From an uncultured Rikenella sp. (GTDB lineage Bacteria; Bacteroidota; Bacteroidia; Bacteroidales; VadinHA17): a stretch of 64,000 bases of DNA. Where the stretch lies: NCBI GenBank assembly GCA_964455705.1, contig CAYVYM010000006.1, forward strand, positions 25,805 through 89,804, given 5' to 3'. Of this stretch, positions 45,571 through 54,833 are shown piece by piece (positions within the stretch are counted from its first letter, which is position 1; every line of letters starts with the position of its first letter). Made by a program: the position numbers and the translations under genes. The notes under the pieces were generated by a model. It did no database searches, had not been told where the DNA came from, and saw only the letters and a list, made by a program, of their open reading frames with translations.

Positions 45571-46257
45571 CTACTCTTTTATTACCTCAATCAGCTCAAC
45601 TTCAAAGATGAGTGTTTCAAAAGGCTTGATGATATTACCCGCACCCCTCTCACCGTAGGCAAGATCGTAAGGAATATAGAGCATCATTTTAGTGCCTTCC
45701 TGCATGAGCTGCAATCCTTCAACCCATCCCCTGATCACGTTGTTCACCCTGAACTGTGCGGGTTCGCCGCGGTCAAGCGAGGAGTCGAACTTCGTTCCGT
45801 CAATGGTGGTGCCCGTATAGTGCACCTTTACTACATCTTCCGGCCCCGGTGTTGAACCCGTGCCAGCCGTGATTATTTTATACTGGAGTCCGTTCGGAAG
45901 AGTGACTACCCCCTCTTTTTTACTGTTTTCGATCAGCCACGCCTTTGCAGCCTCGATCTGCTGACTGTATTCAGCCATGAGCACCGCGTTCTGACGTTTT
46001 TGCATGTAACTGACAATAAAGGCGCTGGCAGTAGTGTCATTCATAAGAGCCTTATCCTTAGATGCATCCGTCATCCCCCTGGTGAACATCTTTGTGCTGA
46101 TGTTGATGCTGTCAGACACATAGTATTGATAGTTTGCCACGCCGAGTGCATAGGAAAGTGAGTCTTCGGAGGTGGCAAGTTTTGATTTCTGAGCTGTTGC
46201 GGTAAGGATTGTCACGGCAGACAGAGCCACGACCAAAATCATTTTAACAAGTTTCAT
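45571..46257 (-). CDS. FKBP-type peptidyl-prolyl isomerase, tandem paralog
   Basis: It has the same architecture as the neighbouring gene: [58 protein letters not shown]. Confidence 0.9.
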   Translation of the reverse strand: MKLVKMILVVALSAVTILTATAQKSKLATSEDSLSYALGVANYQYYVSDSINISTKMFTRGMTDASKDKALMNDTTASAFIVSYMQKRQNAVLMAEYSQQIEAAKAWLIENSKKEGVVTLPNGLQYKIITAGTGSTPGPEDVVKVHYTGTTIDGTKFDSSLDRGEPAQFRVNNVIRGWVEGLQLMQEGTKMMLYIPYDLAYGERGAGNIIKPFETLIFEVELIEVIKE

Positions 46258-46338
46258 ATTTTCAGTTTTAAGTTTTCCGGCAGGGATGTTGCATGCAACC
46301 TCTCCACGTGTTTTTCAGTGGCGCAAATATACCACAAT

Positions 46339-46998
46339 TCATCTCTTCACCGCTCTTGTTATCACCCTTTTTCCCGGAGGGCCCGGGAGGAGGGTGACTT
46401 CAAACCCAAATGTCCTCAGTAAACGCTTCAGGCTTCCCTTTGCCGAGTATGTTACAAAGACCGACCCGGAACGGGTGACGGCGGCAATCCTGCCCAACAC
46501 CTCCCCGGTCCACATCTCAGGCTGCTTGTCAGGTCCGAAGGCGTCAAAATAGACCAGGTCGTACATTCCCCGGAGGTCATCGGTTGTCAGGTCTGTTAGT
46601 ATTTTGTTCAGCGAGAACCACTCTGTGATGTTTACCACTGATCCCCAAGGCGTGTCATGGATTGCTGCAAAGAGCTCCGGTCCGTTTTTTCCGGCTAGGT
46701 GGCCGTAATTAAGCTGCCGGACAATTGACGGGTCAAGCGGGTATTTTTCGAGGGTGGTATAACTAATCCTGGTATTATGTTCACCTGCATGGAGTGCGGT
46801 GAGAAGAGCATTGAGTCCTGTGCCGAAGCCGACTTCAAGGATGGAGACCGTATCGCCGGAAAGGCTTGCCAGACCTGCATTGATGAATATATGTTTTGAT
46901 TCAGTCAGGGCACCGAAATGCGAGTGGTAGTGCTCGTCAATGGAAGGCACATAAAGAGTGTGGGAGCCATCTTGGGTTATAATAAGTTCGGTGTCCAT
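46339..46998 (-). CDS. mnmD: MnmD-type tRNA (mnm5s2U34) methyltransferase (DUF752, MnmC methyltransferase-domain homolog)
   Basis: 219 aa. The N-terminal block is ITQDGSHTLYVPSIDEHYHSHFGALTESKHIF. The SAM-binding-like block is ILEVGFGTGLN. YFDAFGP is also present. Confidence 0.65.
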   Translation of the reverse strand: MDTELIITQDGSHTLYVPSIDEHYHSHFGALTESKHIFINAGLASLSGDTVSILEVGFGTGLNALLTALHAGEHNTRISYTTLEKYPLDPSIVRQLNYGHLAGKNGPELFAAIHDTPWGSVVNITEWFSLNKILTDLTTDDLRGMYDLVYFDAFGPDKQPEMWTGEVLGRIAAVTRSGSVFVTYSAKGSLKRLLRTFGFEVTLLPGPPGKRVITRAVKR

Positions 46999-47043
46999 AT
47001 GAAAATAGTCAGCAGTCTTCAGTCGGTTCAGGCAATAAGTAAT

Positions 47044-47106
47044 AGAGGAATTTTCGATTTCAGATTTTCGATTGTCGATTTAATCGCAAATCGCAAATCG
47101 CAAATC
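47044..47106. repeat. 63-bp heptamer-based imperfect-palindrome repeat, copy A
   Basis: AGAGGAATTTTCGATTTCAGATTTTCGATTGTCGATTTAATCGCAAATCGCAAATCGCAAATC is identical to 47769-47831. The left arm is (ATTTTCG)n-like and the right arm is (AATCGCA)3. Confidence 0.9.
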
Positions 47107-47125
47107 TTTCAGACTTTCGACTCTG

Positions 47126-47725
47126 CTAATAGCCCGAGTCATACCATGTTCTTACATCGGTGGCGATCATACCAGCTCTCCTTGCAGCCTCGATCCCCAG
47201 GTCGCCGTCTTCAAACACCTCACAATCAGAGGGTAATACCTTCATCAGTTCAGCGCACTTCAGGAATGTCTCCGGATGCGGTTTGTGTTTCTTTACATCA
47301 TTTGCAGTGACGATGACGTCAAAGTACTGCCTGATCCCTATTATCTCCAGTGTTTTCTCCACGGAGTCGCGGTTGCCTCCCGTGCCGACTGACATAGGCA
47401 GCTTCCCGTAGTATTTCTGCACCAGGGCAGTAACCGGTTCGACGGGGGTCATCTTATGCTGAATGGCGGAAAACTCCTCAAGTTTGACCCCGATGATCTC
47501 TTCAGGGGATACTTTTCCGGTCATGCCGTTTTGTTCAATAATCTCCTCAGCTATCTTCCAGCCAGGTGACCCTGTCCGGGCCTGAAGAAATGCGGTGTCC
47601 ATGGTGAAGCCGAACCTGAGGCATGCCTTCTGCCATGCCTGGTAGTGACACGGCATGTTGTTGGCGAGAGTACCGTCAAGATCAAATATCAGTGCTTTTA
47701 CTCCGGGAGTAATGTCGAAATTCAT
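47126..47725 (-). CDS. HAD-superfamily hydrolase (beta-phosphoglucomutase/phosphatase-like)
   Basis: 199 aa. HAD motif I is LIFDLDGTLANN. The C-terminal block is VFEDGDLGIEAARRAGM. Confidence 0.8.
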   Translation of the reverse strand: MNFDITPGVKALIFDLDGTLANNMPCHYQAWQKACLRFGFTMDTAFLQARTGSPGWKIAEEIIEQNGMTGKVSPEEIIGVKLEEFSAIQHKMTPVEPVTALVQKYYGKLPMSVGTGGNRDSVEKTLEIIGIRQYFDVIVTANDVKKHKPHPETFLKCAELMKVLPSDCEVFEDGDLGIEAARRAGMIATDVRTWYDSGY

Positions 47726-47744
47726 TTAGAACACATTTGAGGGG

Positions 47745-47752
47745 CAAAAGTA
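47745..47752 (-). promoter_or_regulatory. -7 promoter box TACTTTTG (minus strand) for the HAD gene
   Basis: The plus strand reads CAAAAGTA. It is 20 bp upstream of the ATG at 47725. Confidence 0.45.
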
Positions 47753-47768
47753 GCACTAATCAGGCAAA

Positions 47769-47831
47769 AGAGGAATTTTCGATTTCAGATTTTCGATTGT
47801 CGATTTAATCGCAAATCGCAAATCGCAAATC
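47769..47831. repeat. 63-bp heptamer-based imperfect-palindrome repeat, copy B
   Basis: It matches copy A at 63/63 positions in the same orientation. Similarity continues for about 8 bp beyond the end (TTTCAGAC versus CTTGAGAC). Confidence 0.9.
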
Positions 47832-47840
47832 CTTGAGACC

Positions 47841-49874
47841 TTATATGCCAAGGAACTTCCTTACCTCCTTCGCAATGTTCTCGCCTGTGAATCCGAATTT
47901 TTCATCGAGCATGTTGTACGCTGCCGAAAAGCCGAAGCTTTCGAGACCCCATACCTTGCCCTCTGATCCGGCAAATCCCAGCATAGTCACCGGCAGGCCG
48001 GCCGTCAGACAGAATACGGGAATTCCCGGCGTGATGACACTCTGCCTGTATTTCTCATCCTGCAATCTGAATAGCCCCTCCGAAGGTGCAGAGACTATCC
48101 TTGGTTTAATACCTTCTGCCGACAGTATCGCTGCGGCATCTACAAGTGTTGCCACCTCTGAGCCGCTGGCCACCATAATCACATCAGGCGTTCCTTCTGC
48201 ATCAGTGACTATATAGGCGCCCCTGAAGGCCATAGCCGCAGCCTCTATCCTCGACTTGCCCGTAAAAGGCAGTGTCTTGATATTCTGTCGTGACAGGATC
48301 AATGCCGTAGGCGTGGTTTTATTCTCCAGTGCCAGTTTCCAGGCAATATTGGTCTCAATTGCATCAGCAGGCCTTAATACAAGCATGCTGTTTTCACCGT
48401 TATGGTTTTTGAGGTGCTCCATAAGCCTTATCTGTGCCTCCTGTTCTACTGGCTGGTGGGTTGGACCGTCTTCGCCAACGCGGAAGGAGTCATGCGTCCA
48501 TATATACTTGACAGGAAGGCGCATCAGCGCTGCCAGTCTCACGGCCGGCTTCATAAAGTCAGAGAAGACGAAAAAGGTTCCGCACGCAGGAATAACTCCT
48601 CCGTGGAGTGCCATCCCGTTCATCACGCCAGCCATTGTCAGCTCGGATACACCGGCATGGAGGAAGGCGCCGGAAAAGTCTCCCCTGACCAGAGGCTTAC
48701 TCTTCTTGAGGAAACCATCAGTCTTGTCAGAATTGGCAAGGTCAGCCGATGCGACTATCATGTTCGGGATTTTTTCCGCGAAGTAAGAGAGGATCGCAGC
48801 CGAGGCGTTGCGGGTGGCATCATTTTCCTTCTGGGCAATTGCCGTGAAGTCTATTTCGGGGACAACCCCTGCATAGAATTCCTCAAGCTGACGGGCGGCT
48901 TCTGGATTCCCGGCAGCCCAAGCCTTCTTTTTCTTTCTCCAGCTTGTCGCGGTAGCGGTTTTACCTGCCAGCACCATCTCATATAGCTGCTTCACGTCAC
49001 TGAATATCTCAAACGGTCTCTCCGGGTCACCGCCAAGGATGGCGACAGATTTCTTAAAGGATGCTCCGGCATGGGTAACCGGCTGACCGTGTATTGAAGT
49101 CTTTCCTTCGAAGCTGTTGCCCGCTTCGTCAATGAGGCCTTTCCCCATCACCGTTTTACCAATGATTAAAACGGGTTTTTCATTCTCATCTCCTGCCATG
49201 CGCAGTGCTCCTCGGATCTGGTCATGGCTGTGTCCGTCTATCTCCAGTACGCGCCATCCCCAGGCTTTGTATTTGGCAGCTGTGTTTTCAGATGTGACCA
49301 CCGATGTCACTGTGGAGAGCTGTATATCATTGGAATCATAGAAGAGGATCAGGTTACTAAGTCCGAGGTGACCTGCCAGTCGGCCTGCCCCCTGAGAGAT
49401 CTCCTCCTGTATTCCCCCGTCGGAGATGTATGAATAGATCTTATGCTCGAAGAGACGGCCGAAGCGGTCTGCGAGGAAGCGTTCGGCCACGGCAGCTCCG
49501 ACGGCCATCGTATGACCCTGGCCAAGAGGACCGGAGGTGTTCTCGATGGCGTGCTTCAGGTCAAGCTCGGGGTGGCCGGGAGTAACACTGCCCCACTGGC
49601 GGAACTGCATGATATCGTCAACGGTGAAATGTCCGGTGAGTGTCAGCACCGAATAAAGCATAGGTGACATGTGCCCCGGGTCAAGGAAGAAGCGGTCCCT
49701 GTTTATCCAGGCCGGGTCAGCGGGGTCAAAGCGGAGAAACTCCGAGAAGAGGATATGGATGAAATCAGCTCCGCCCATCGCCCCGCCAGGGTGTCCTGAA
49801 TTGGCCTTCTCAACCATCGCCATTGAGAGGATACGGATATTGTCTGCTGCTCGTTCGTTAACGTTCCTGATCAT
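47841..49874 (-). CDS. tkt: Transketolase
   Basis: 677 aa. Transketolase blocks present are ANSGHPGGAMGGADF, GPLGQG and DGGIQEEISQGAGRLAGHLGL. Confidence 0.92.
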   Translation of the reverse strand: MIRNVNERAADNIRILSMAMVEKANSGHPGGAMGGADFIHILFSEFLRFDPADPAWINRDRFFLDPGHMSPMLYSVLTLTGHFTVDDIMQFRQWGSVTPGHPELDLKHAIENTSGPLGQGHTMAVGAAVAERFLADRFGRLFEHKIYSYISDGGIQEEISQGAGRLAGHLGLSNLILFYDSNDIQLSTVTSVVTSENTAAKYKAWGWRVLEIDGHSHDQIRGALRMAGDENEKPVLIIGKTVMGKGLIDEAGNSFEGKTSIHGQPVTHAGASFKKSVAILGGDPERPFEIFSDVKQLYEMVLAGKTATATSWRKKKKAWAAGNPEAARQLEEFYAGVVPEIDFTAIAQKENDATRNASAAILSYFAEKIPNMIVASADLANSDKTDGFLKKSKPLVRGDFSGAFLHAGVSELTMAGVMNGMALHGGVIPACGTFFVFSDFMKPAVRLAALMRLPVKYIWTHDSFRVGEDGPTHQPVEQEAQIRLMEHLKNHNGENSMLVLRPADAIETNIAWKLALENKTTPTALILSRQNIKTLPFTGKSRIEAAAMAFRGAYIVTDAEGTPDVIMVASGSEVATLVDAAAILSAEGIKPRIVSAPSEGLFRLQDEKYRQSVITPGIPVFCLTAGLPVTMLGFAGSEGKVWGLESFGFSAAYNMLDEKFGFTGENIAKEVRKFLGI

Positions 49875-50024
49875 GATATTGTATTACTATGGATTTTGAG
49901 TAAAATTAATAAAATTATCAGGAGCAGGAAAATACGCACTCCTCCTGAAACGCTTCGAAGCGAACTTTACGGCCCGGGTGTCGGAATCTGAGTGCCGGGG
50001 ATGAACCATTTATAACAAAGGCAA

Positions 50025-51473
50025 TCAGGCGTTATAGGTGGAAGATGCGGTGTCACCACCACGGCCGGTCCAGTTGGTGTGAAAGAATTCACCTTCCGGT
50101 TTGTCGATCCGCTGGTAGGTATGTGCTCCGAAATAGTCGCGCTGAGCCTGCAGGAGATTGGCCGGCAGCCAGGCCGACCGGTAGCTGTCGAACCAGGCCA
50201 GCGCGGCGCTCATGGCAGGCACCGGGATGCCGTCCCTGACAGCCCCTGCTATAACCCGTCTCCAGCTCTCGCTGTTCTCCCTGAGGATGGCTGAGAAATA
50301 GCCGTCCATGATGAGGTTGGGCAGCTTCGGGTCACGGGTGAATGCCTCGTAGATCTTGTTCAGGAAGGCAGACCTGATGATGCACCCTGCCCTCCAGATC
50401 ATAGCTATCTCACCGTAATTGAGGTCCCAGTTATATTCGCCTGCAGCGCTCCTGAGCAGGTTGAATCCCTGTGCATAAGAGACGATCTTTGAGGCGTAGA
50501 GCGCCTTGCGTATGTCGTCAATGAACAGTTTCTTATCAAGGAGAGGACCTTTGGCAGGAGTGCTGAAGAGGGGGGCGGCCTGCACCCGCTCCTTCTTCAT
50601 TGAGGAGATGAACCTTGCGAAGACCGATTCTCCGATGAGGCTCAGCGGCACCCCATGATCGAGGGCGCTGACAACGGTCCATTTGCCTGTTCCCTTCTGG
50701 CCTGCCGAGTCAAGTATCTTTGTGACAATGGACTGGCCGTCAGTATCCTTGTATCTCAGTATCTCTCCAGTGATCTCAATCAGGTATGAATCGAGTTCAA
50801 CCTTGTTCCACTCTTCGAAGATGCCGGCCATCTCATCATAGGAGAATGCCCCGGAACTGACCAGCAGGTGAAAGGCTTCGCATATGAGCTGCATATCACC
50901 GTACTCGATGCCGTTATGGGCCATCTTCACGAAGTGCCCTGCCCCGTTATCGCCTATCCAGGTGACGCATGGGGCTCCGTCATCAGCTCTTGCAGCAATT
51001 GCATGGAAGATATCCTTAAGATGAGGCCAGGCCTCCTTTGATCCGCCCGGCATCAGGGACGGTCCTAAAAGAGCGCCCTCTTCACCACCGGAGACGCCTG
51101 TACCAATGTACAGGAGACCTTTGCTCTCAACATACTGTGTTCTCCTTATTGTATCGGGGAAGTGTGAGTTGCCTCCCTCAATAATTATATCTCCCTTGTC
51201 GAGCAGGGGTATGATCATCTCAATAAAGTCATCAACAGGCTCACCTGCCTTGACCATCAGCATCACCCTGCGTGGCCTGCTGAGGTTCGAGACAAGCTCC
51301 TCAAGTGAGTATGAGGGTATGATCTTTTTTCCTTTCCCGCGCCCGTTGACGAAATTTGTCACTTTGTCGGTGGTACGGTTGAATACTGCCACCGTGAAGC
51401 CCCTGCTTTCAATGTTTAGAACGAGGTTTTCTCCCATCACGGCGAGACCTATCAATCCTATATCTGCTTTCAT
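50025..51473 (-). CDS. gnd: 6-phosphogluconate dehydrogenase, decarboxylating
   Basis: 482 aa. The Rossmann block is IGLIGLAVMGENLVLN. AGHFVKMAHNGIEYGDMQLICE and the C-terminal block RDYFGAHTYQRID are also present. Confidence 0.92.
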   Translation of the reverse strand: MKADIGLIGLAVMGENLVLNIESRGFTVAVFNRTTDKVTNFVNGRGKGKKIIPSYSLEELVSNLSRPRRVMLMVKAGEPVDDFIEMIIPLLDKGDIIIEGGNSHFPDTIRRTQYVESKGLLYIGTGVSGGEEGALLGPSLMPGGSKEAWPHLKDIFHAIAARADDGAPCVTWIGDNGAGHFVKMAHNGIEYGDMQLICEAFHLLVSSGAFSYDEMAGIFEEWNKVELDSYLIEITGEILRYKDTDGQSIVTKILDSAGQKGTGKWTVVSALDHGVPLSLIGESVFARFISSMKKERVQAAPLFSTPAKGPLLDKKLFIDDIRKALYASKIVSYAQGFNLLRSAAGEYNWDLNYGEIAMIWRAGCIIRSAFLNKIYEAFTRDPKLPNLIMDGYFSAILRENSESWRRVIAGAVRDGIPVPAMSAALAWFDSYRSAWLPANLLQAQRDYFGAHTYQRIDKPEGEFFHTNWTGRGGDTASSTYNA

Positions 51474-51495
51474 CCTGTATTATGAGGTTATTGAG

Positions 51496-52623
51496 TTAAT
51501 GGATTATTTTAAAACCGAGATCAGAAAGGATCTGACATGCAACCGGATCTGCGGTCTTCACCCCGTAAGATCCAAATTCTCTCCTGATTCTGTAGTTATC
51601 GCGAAGATACTCGAATTTTCCCGGGTCACTTCGAAAGAGGCGGTCATCCTCTTCCAAAGGATAAGTATGTCTGACGGCCGTGGCAATGAGGCCAGCCAGG
51701 TCTCCGGCATCAGTATAACGATTTAAGTCTATCAGTGGTTCGGAAGGCTGCGGCAGTGAGTCCGGTGACCAGTCATACAGGGGAATGCTGAGTGCTGCCG
51801 AGACCTCTCTCACGGAATTTACTGTTGCATTGGCCTTGCCGTCGACGGAGTATCCGGCAATGTGCGGAGTGGCTACATCAACAAGTTCAACAAGTCGCCT
51901 GTCGGTTTCGGGCTCTCCTTCCCAGACATCAAGGACAGCACCGCGCAACATTCTCTTTTCAAGTGACACCCTCAGTGCGATGTTATCAACCACCTCACCG
52001 CGTGAGGTGTTTATGAGGATACTGTTCCTCTTAAGCCGTGCCAGGCTGGCGCTGTTGATGAGATGCCGGGTCATGTCCTCTCCCTCAAGCGTCAGCGGGA
52101 CATGCAATGTAAGTATATCAGACTCTGCGAGCAGTTTTTCAAGAGGAAGGAATTCTTTCCCACCTTCGCGCCTCTGTCTCGGAGGGTCATTCTGCAATAC
52201 CTTCATACCTATGGCTTCCGCTGCCCTGACAACCTTTGATCCGACGTTGCCCACTCCCACAACTCCCAGTGTGAGGGAAGGGAGATCAAGCGAGTGTTTC
52301 GAGGCTAGAAGGAAAAGAGCTGCGGTGATGTAATGCATTACCGAGCCCGAGTTGCAGCCCGGGGCATTCACCCATCTTATGCCTGCCTGTTCAAGCCAGG
52401 CTGTGTCAAAGTGGTCAAACCCGATGGTGGCCGAAGCCACTATTTTGACTTTGCTGCCGGCGAGCAGGTGGTGGTCGCACCTGGTGCGGGTCCGTACAAT
52501 AAGTGCATCGGCATCGGCAACCATCTGAGCATCTATTGCCCGGCCGGGACTGTAGATAACATCAGCCCAGGGCTCAAAGACCCCTTTAATATATGGTATA
52601 TGCTCGTCGATTACGATTTTCAT
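51496..52623 (-). CDS. pdxB: 4-phosphoerythronate dehydrogenase
   Basis: 375 aa. It is collinear with E. coli PdxB from MKIVIDEHIPY through GVVGVGNVG and HIAGYS to the C-terminal dimerisation-domain block LRDNYRIRREF...LGFKIIH. Confidence 0.85.
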   Translation of the reverse strand: MKIVIDEHIPYIKGVFEPWADVIYSPGRAIDAQMVADADALIVRTRTRCDHHLLAGSKVKIVASATIGFDHFDTAWLEQAGIRWVNAPGCNSGSVMHYITAALFLLASKHSLDLPSLTLGVVGVGNVGSKVVRAAEAIGMKVLQNDPPRQRREGGKEFLPLEKLLAESDILTLHVPLTLEGEDMTRHLINSASLARLKRNSILINTSRGEVVDNIALRVSLEKRMLRGAVLDVWEGEPETDRRLVELVDVATPHIAGYSVDGKANATVNSVREVSAALSIPLYDWSPDSLPQPSEPLIDLNRYTDAGDLAGLIATAVRHTYPLEEDDRLFRSDPGKFEYLRDNYRIRREFGSYGVKTADPVACQILSDLGFKIIH

Positions 52624-52627
52624 CGAT

Positions 52628-53908
52628 TCACCGGGATGCTTTCCAGAGTCCCGTGGCCGGGTTGGAGATAAAATAATACTCTTCGCCGTCGGGAGTGGAG
52701 TGGAATCCTGTCATCCTGCCCAGAGGGTCGTATCTTTTAATTAACGCTTTGATGTCACCGAAGTTGTAGCCGGCGGCCTCCACCTCCTTACGGGTAAGAT
52801 GGCCGGCTGCGTATGTCACGCTGAACCTGTTCTCATGAGAGCCGTGGATGAGATGAGCTGCAGCGCTCAGATTATCCTTCAGGTCGTCATTTTCCTCAAC
52901 GAACTTCATTATCTCCGGTGTGGTCCTGTAGCCGTATTTTCTTATCAGGGAGTCAATGGAGGGGTCCTCACCGAATGCCCTCACTCCCTGGGCCAACACC
53001 ACAAGTTCGCCACCGTCGGCGATGGCCATACGGGTGCGGTAGATGCTCTTGTTGCCAAGCCATGTGCTCTTGAATTCACCGGGGTCAAGCCACACAACCA
53101 CCTTCTTCAGTCTTTCAGGCAGGGTGGTAAAATTAACTTGTCCCGACAGTGAGGCTGCCTGCCTGAAGCACTCAACATCATCGCCTGCAAAGAACCCCCT
53201 GAGTTTCAGTTCACCCTTGTGGTCCGGTGAGACAACCGTCAGTAAGTAGAGCAGCGGAAGTCTGCCTTTTGTTATCTCCGAGGCCTTGTTCAGGACAGCC
53301 CTGACGGGATTGTCAACTGTTCCGAGGATATTTTCAATGCCGTGAACGGCACCCATGAAATGACTTTTGTTTATTGCCTCGCTTCCGCCGCACCCGACGA
53401 AGATATTTTTATTGTAATTAGCCATTCCCGTCACCTCGTGCGGCACAACCTGTCCGACTGAGATTATCAGGTCATGCCCGCCCGATGAGAGCAGCCGGTT
53501 GACCTGCACCGGGTAGTCAAAGTCAAGCTTCCCGCCGGTCACCTCTGAAACAAACGCAGACGGAACCCTGCCGAGCTCTTCGATATCGGTTCTCCAATTG
53601 TGGTCTCTGAAGAGTGAAAGCGGTACTGTGCCGAACATTTTTGATATCTCGCCGCTCTCCATTGGTATATGTGTTCCAAGGGCAGGGAGTATATCTTTTA
53701 CCTTTTTGTCGAAGTGCTCCCATAACAATTCAGTGATCATACCCGCCCCGGAGTGGGCGCGGGTAATATCTGGTGGAATTATCAGAATCCTCCTCCGCTG
53801 AGAAAAGATTCCCAGTGCATTCTTCAGAGCCTCACGCAAGTCTTCCCTTGTCAACTCTCTATCTGGTCCTGCTGCTGCGTAATATATCATATTCCTCTGT
53901 TTTGCCAT
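52628..53908 (-). CDS. LarA-like (lactate racemase domain, DUF2088) putative NPN-dependent 2-hydroxyacid racemase/epimerase
   Basis: 426 aa. In VVPHEVTGMANYNKNIFVGCGGSEAINKSH the spacing is His-(10)-Lys-(16)-His. This equals the His174/Lys184/His200 spacing of Lactobacillus plantarum LarA as I recall it. The start may be 53890, which would avoid the 22-nt overlap with the upstream gene. Confidence 0.7.
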   Translation of the reverse strand: MAKQRNMIYYAAAGPDRELTREDLREALKNALGIFSQRRRILIIPPDITRAHSGAGMITELLWEHFDKKVKDILPALGTHIPMESGEISKMFGTVPLSLFRDHNWRTDIEELGRVPSAFVSEVTGGKLDFDYPVQVNRLLSSGGHDLIISVGQVVPHEVTGMANYNKNIFVGCGGSEAINKSHFMGAVHGIENILGTVDNPVRAVLNKASEITKGRLPLLYLLTVVSPDHKGELKLRGFFAGDDVECFRQAASLSGQVNFTTLPERLKKVVVWLDPGEFKSTWLGNKSIYRTRMAIADGGELVVLAQGVRAFGEDPSIDSLIRKYGYRTTPEIMKFVEENDDLKDNLSAAAHLIHGSHENRFSVTYAAGHLTRKEVEAAGYNFGDIKALIKRYDPLGRMTGFHSTPDGEEYYFISNPATGLWKASR

Positions 53909-54771
53909 GAAGGTTTTTCAGGCAGCGACTCCATGAACTCCTTCAGGAGTCTCTCCTGGTAGTCACCCTTGTATGTTCCTGCGATAAATCTGTCAAGACC
54001 TTCGTCGAAAAATAGCTTCCACGACCTGTTTTCATGGCCGGGGACCACCGGGAAGAAGAGGGCGTTGTTGCCGAGGGCTGCCTTGTAGTCGCCAGGTGCA
54101 TCGCCTATCATTAGTATCTTGTCATCTGCGTATTTACCCCTGGCTGCCAGGGTTATATGTTCGGTCTTGGTGCCATGCTCCTGTCCGGCGATAGCCTTGA
54201 CATACCGGTCGATGGCGTGTTCTTCCCACTCCCTTACCAGGGCTTCATGGGGTGTCTGTGACACAACAATGGCGTCGGCCAGAGTGCACAGTCTCTCAAT
54301 CGATTTACGGGCGAATGGGAAAGGAGGAGTATTACGGAGCCATTTTGCTATGTCTTCATTCACGGCCAGGGTCCAGTTAAGTACAGGCTTCAGGGCAGGG
54401 TGGGGGTTACTCAGGAAATACTCCCTGAAGACCGGGTTCCCGAGCCTGGTCTCCCTGGTAGTCCATTCCCGGAGGGGTTCCATGTCAGGAAGTTTAAACC
54501 CCAGCTCAATAATCTCCGGCCTCTCAGCCAGAAGATCCATCACCCTGATCAGTGCCGGGAAACGGTTTGTGCCTCTCGTTACTGAGTAGAGGTTGACGAA
54601 ATCCCAGGTCTCGCGCACATACCTGGAGATGGCAAAGAGACCGAAATATTTGACGGTGTTCGGGCAGAAGAACTCCTTGTGTTTGACCTCCATGGTATCG
54701 AAGACGCATCCGTCAGAGTCGATCCCTATGAAGAACTCCTTCTCCGGCTTCAGTTGTTCAAGTATGTTCAT
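53887..54771 (-). CDS. HAD-superfamily hydrolase (putative sugar or acid-sugar phosphatase)
   Basis: 294 aa. HAD motif I is FIGIDSDGCVFDT. The distal block is MIGDAPGDYKAA. Confidence 0.7.
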   Translation of the reverse strand: MNILEQLKPEKEFFIGIDSDGCVFDTMEVKHKEFFCPNTVKYFGLFAISRYVRETWDFVNLYSVTRGTNRFPALIRVMDLLAERPEIIELGFKLPDMEPLREWTTRETRLGNPVFREYFLSNPHPALKPVLNWTLAVNEDIAKWLRNTPPFPFARKSIERLCTLADAIVVSQTPHEALVREWEEHAIDRYVKAIAGQEHGTKTEHITLAARGKYADDKILMIGDAPGDYKAALGNNALFFPVVPGHENRSWKLFFDEGLDRFIAGTYKGDYQERLLKEFMESLPEKPSWQNRGI

Positions 54772-54833
54772 ACTGCCAGGGCTCTAAGGTTCATATATGT
54801 ATATATTACAATTGCCTGTCAATTTTGTTTCGT

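Noticed and set aside
49879-49889. TTGTATTACTA, 4 bp upstream of the tkt start codon, resembles the TTGTATTACAA operator.
   Set aside because: One mismatch breaks the palindrome, there is only a single copy, and the gene is housekeeping. A/T-rich sequence just upstream of start codons is normal in Bacteroidota, so this is probably chance.
49919-49962. A weak hairpin (CAGGAG...CTCCTG) and the palindrome CGCTTCGAAGCG lie downstream of gnd and could be a terminator.
   Set aside because: The stem is only 6 bp with a 17-nt loop, and the palindrome leaves almost no loop. The evidence is too weak to call.
51106-52333. Plus-strand ORFs of 206 and 182 aa overlap gnd and pdxB.
   Set aside because: They are antisense to highly conserved housekeeping genes and have Ser/Thr/Arg-rich nonsense-like sequences.
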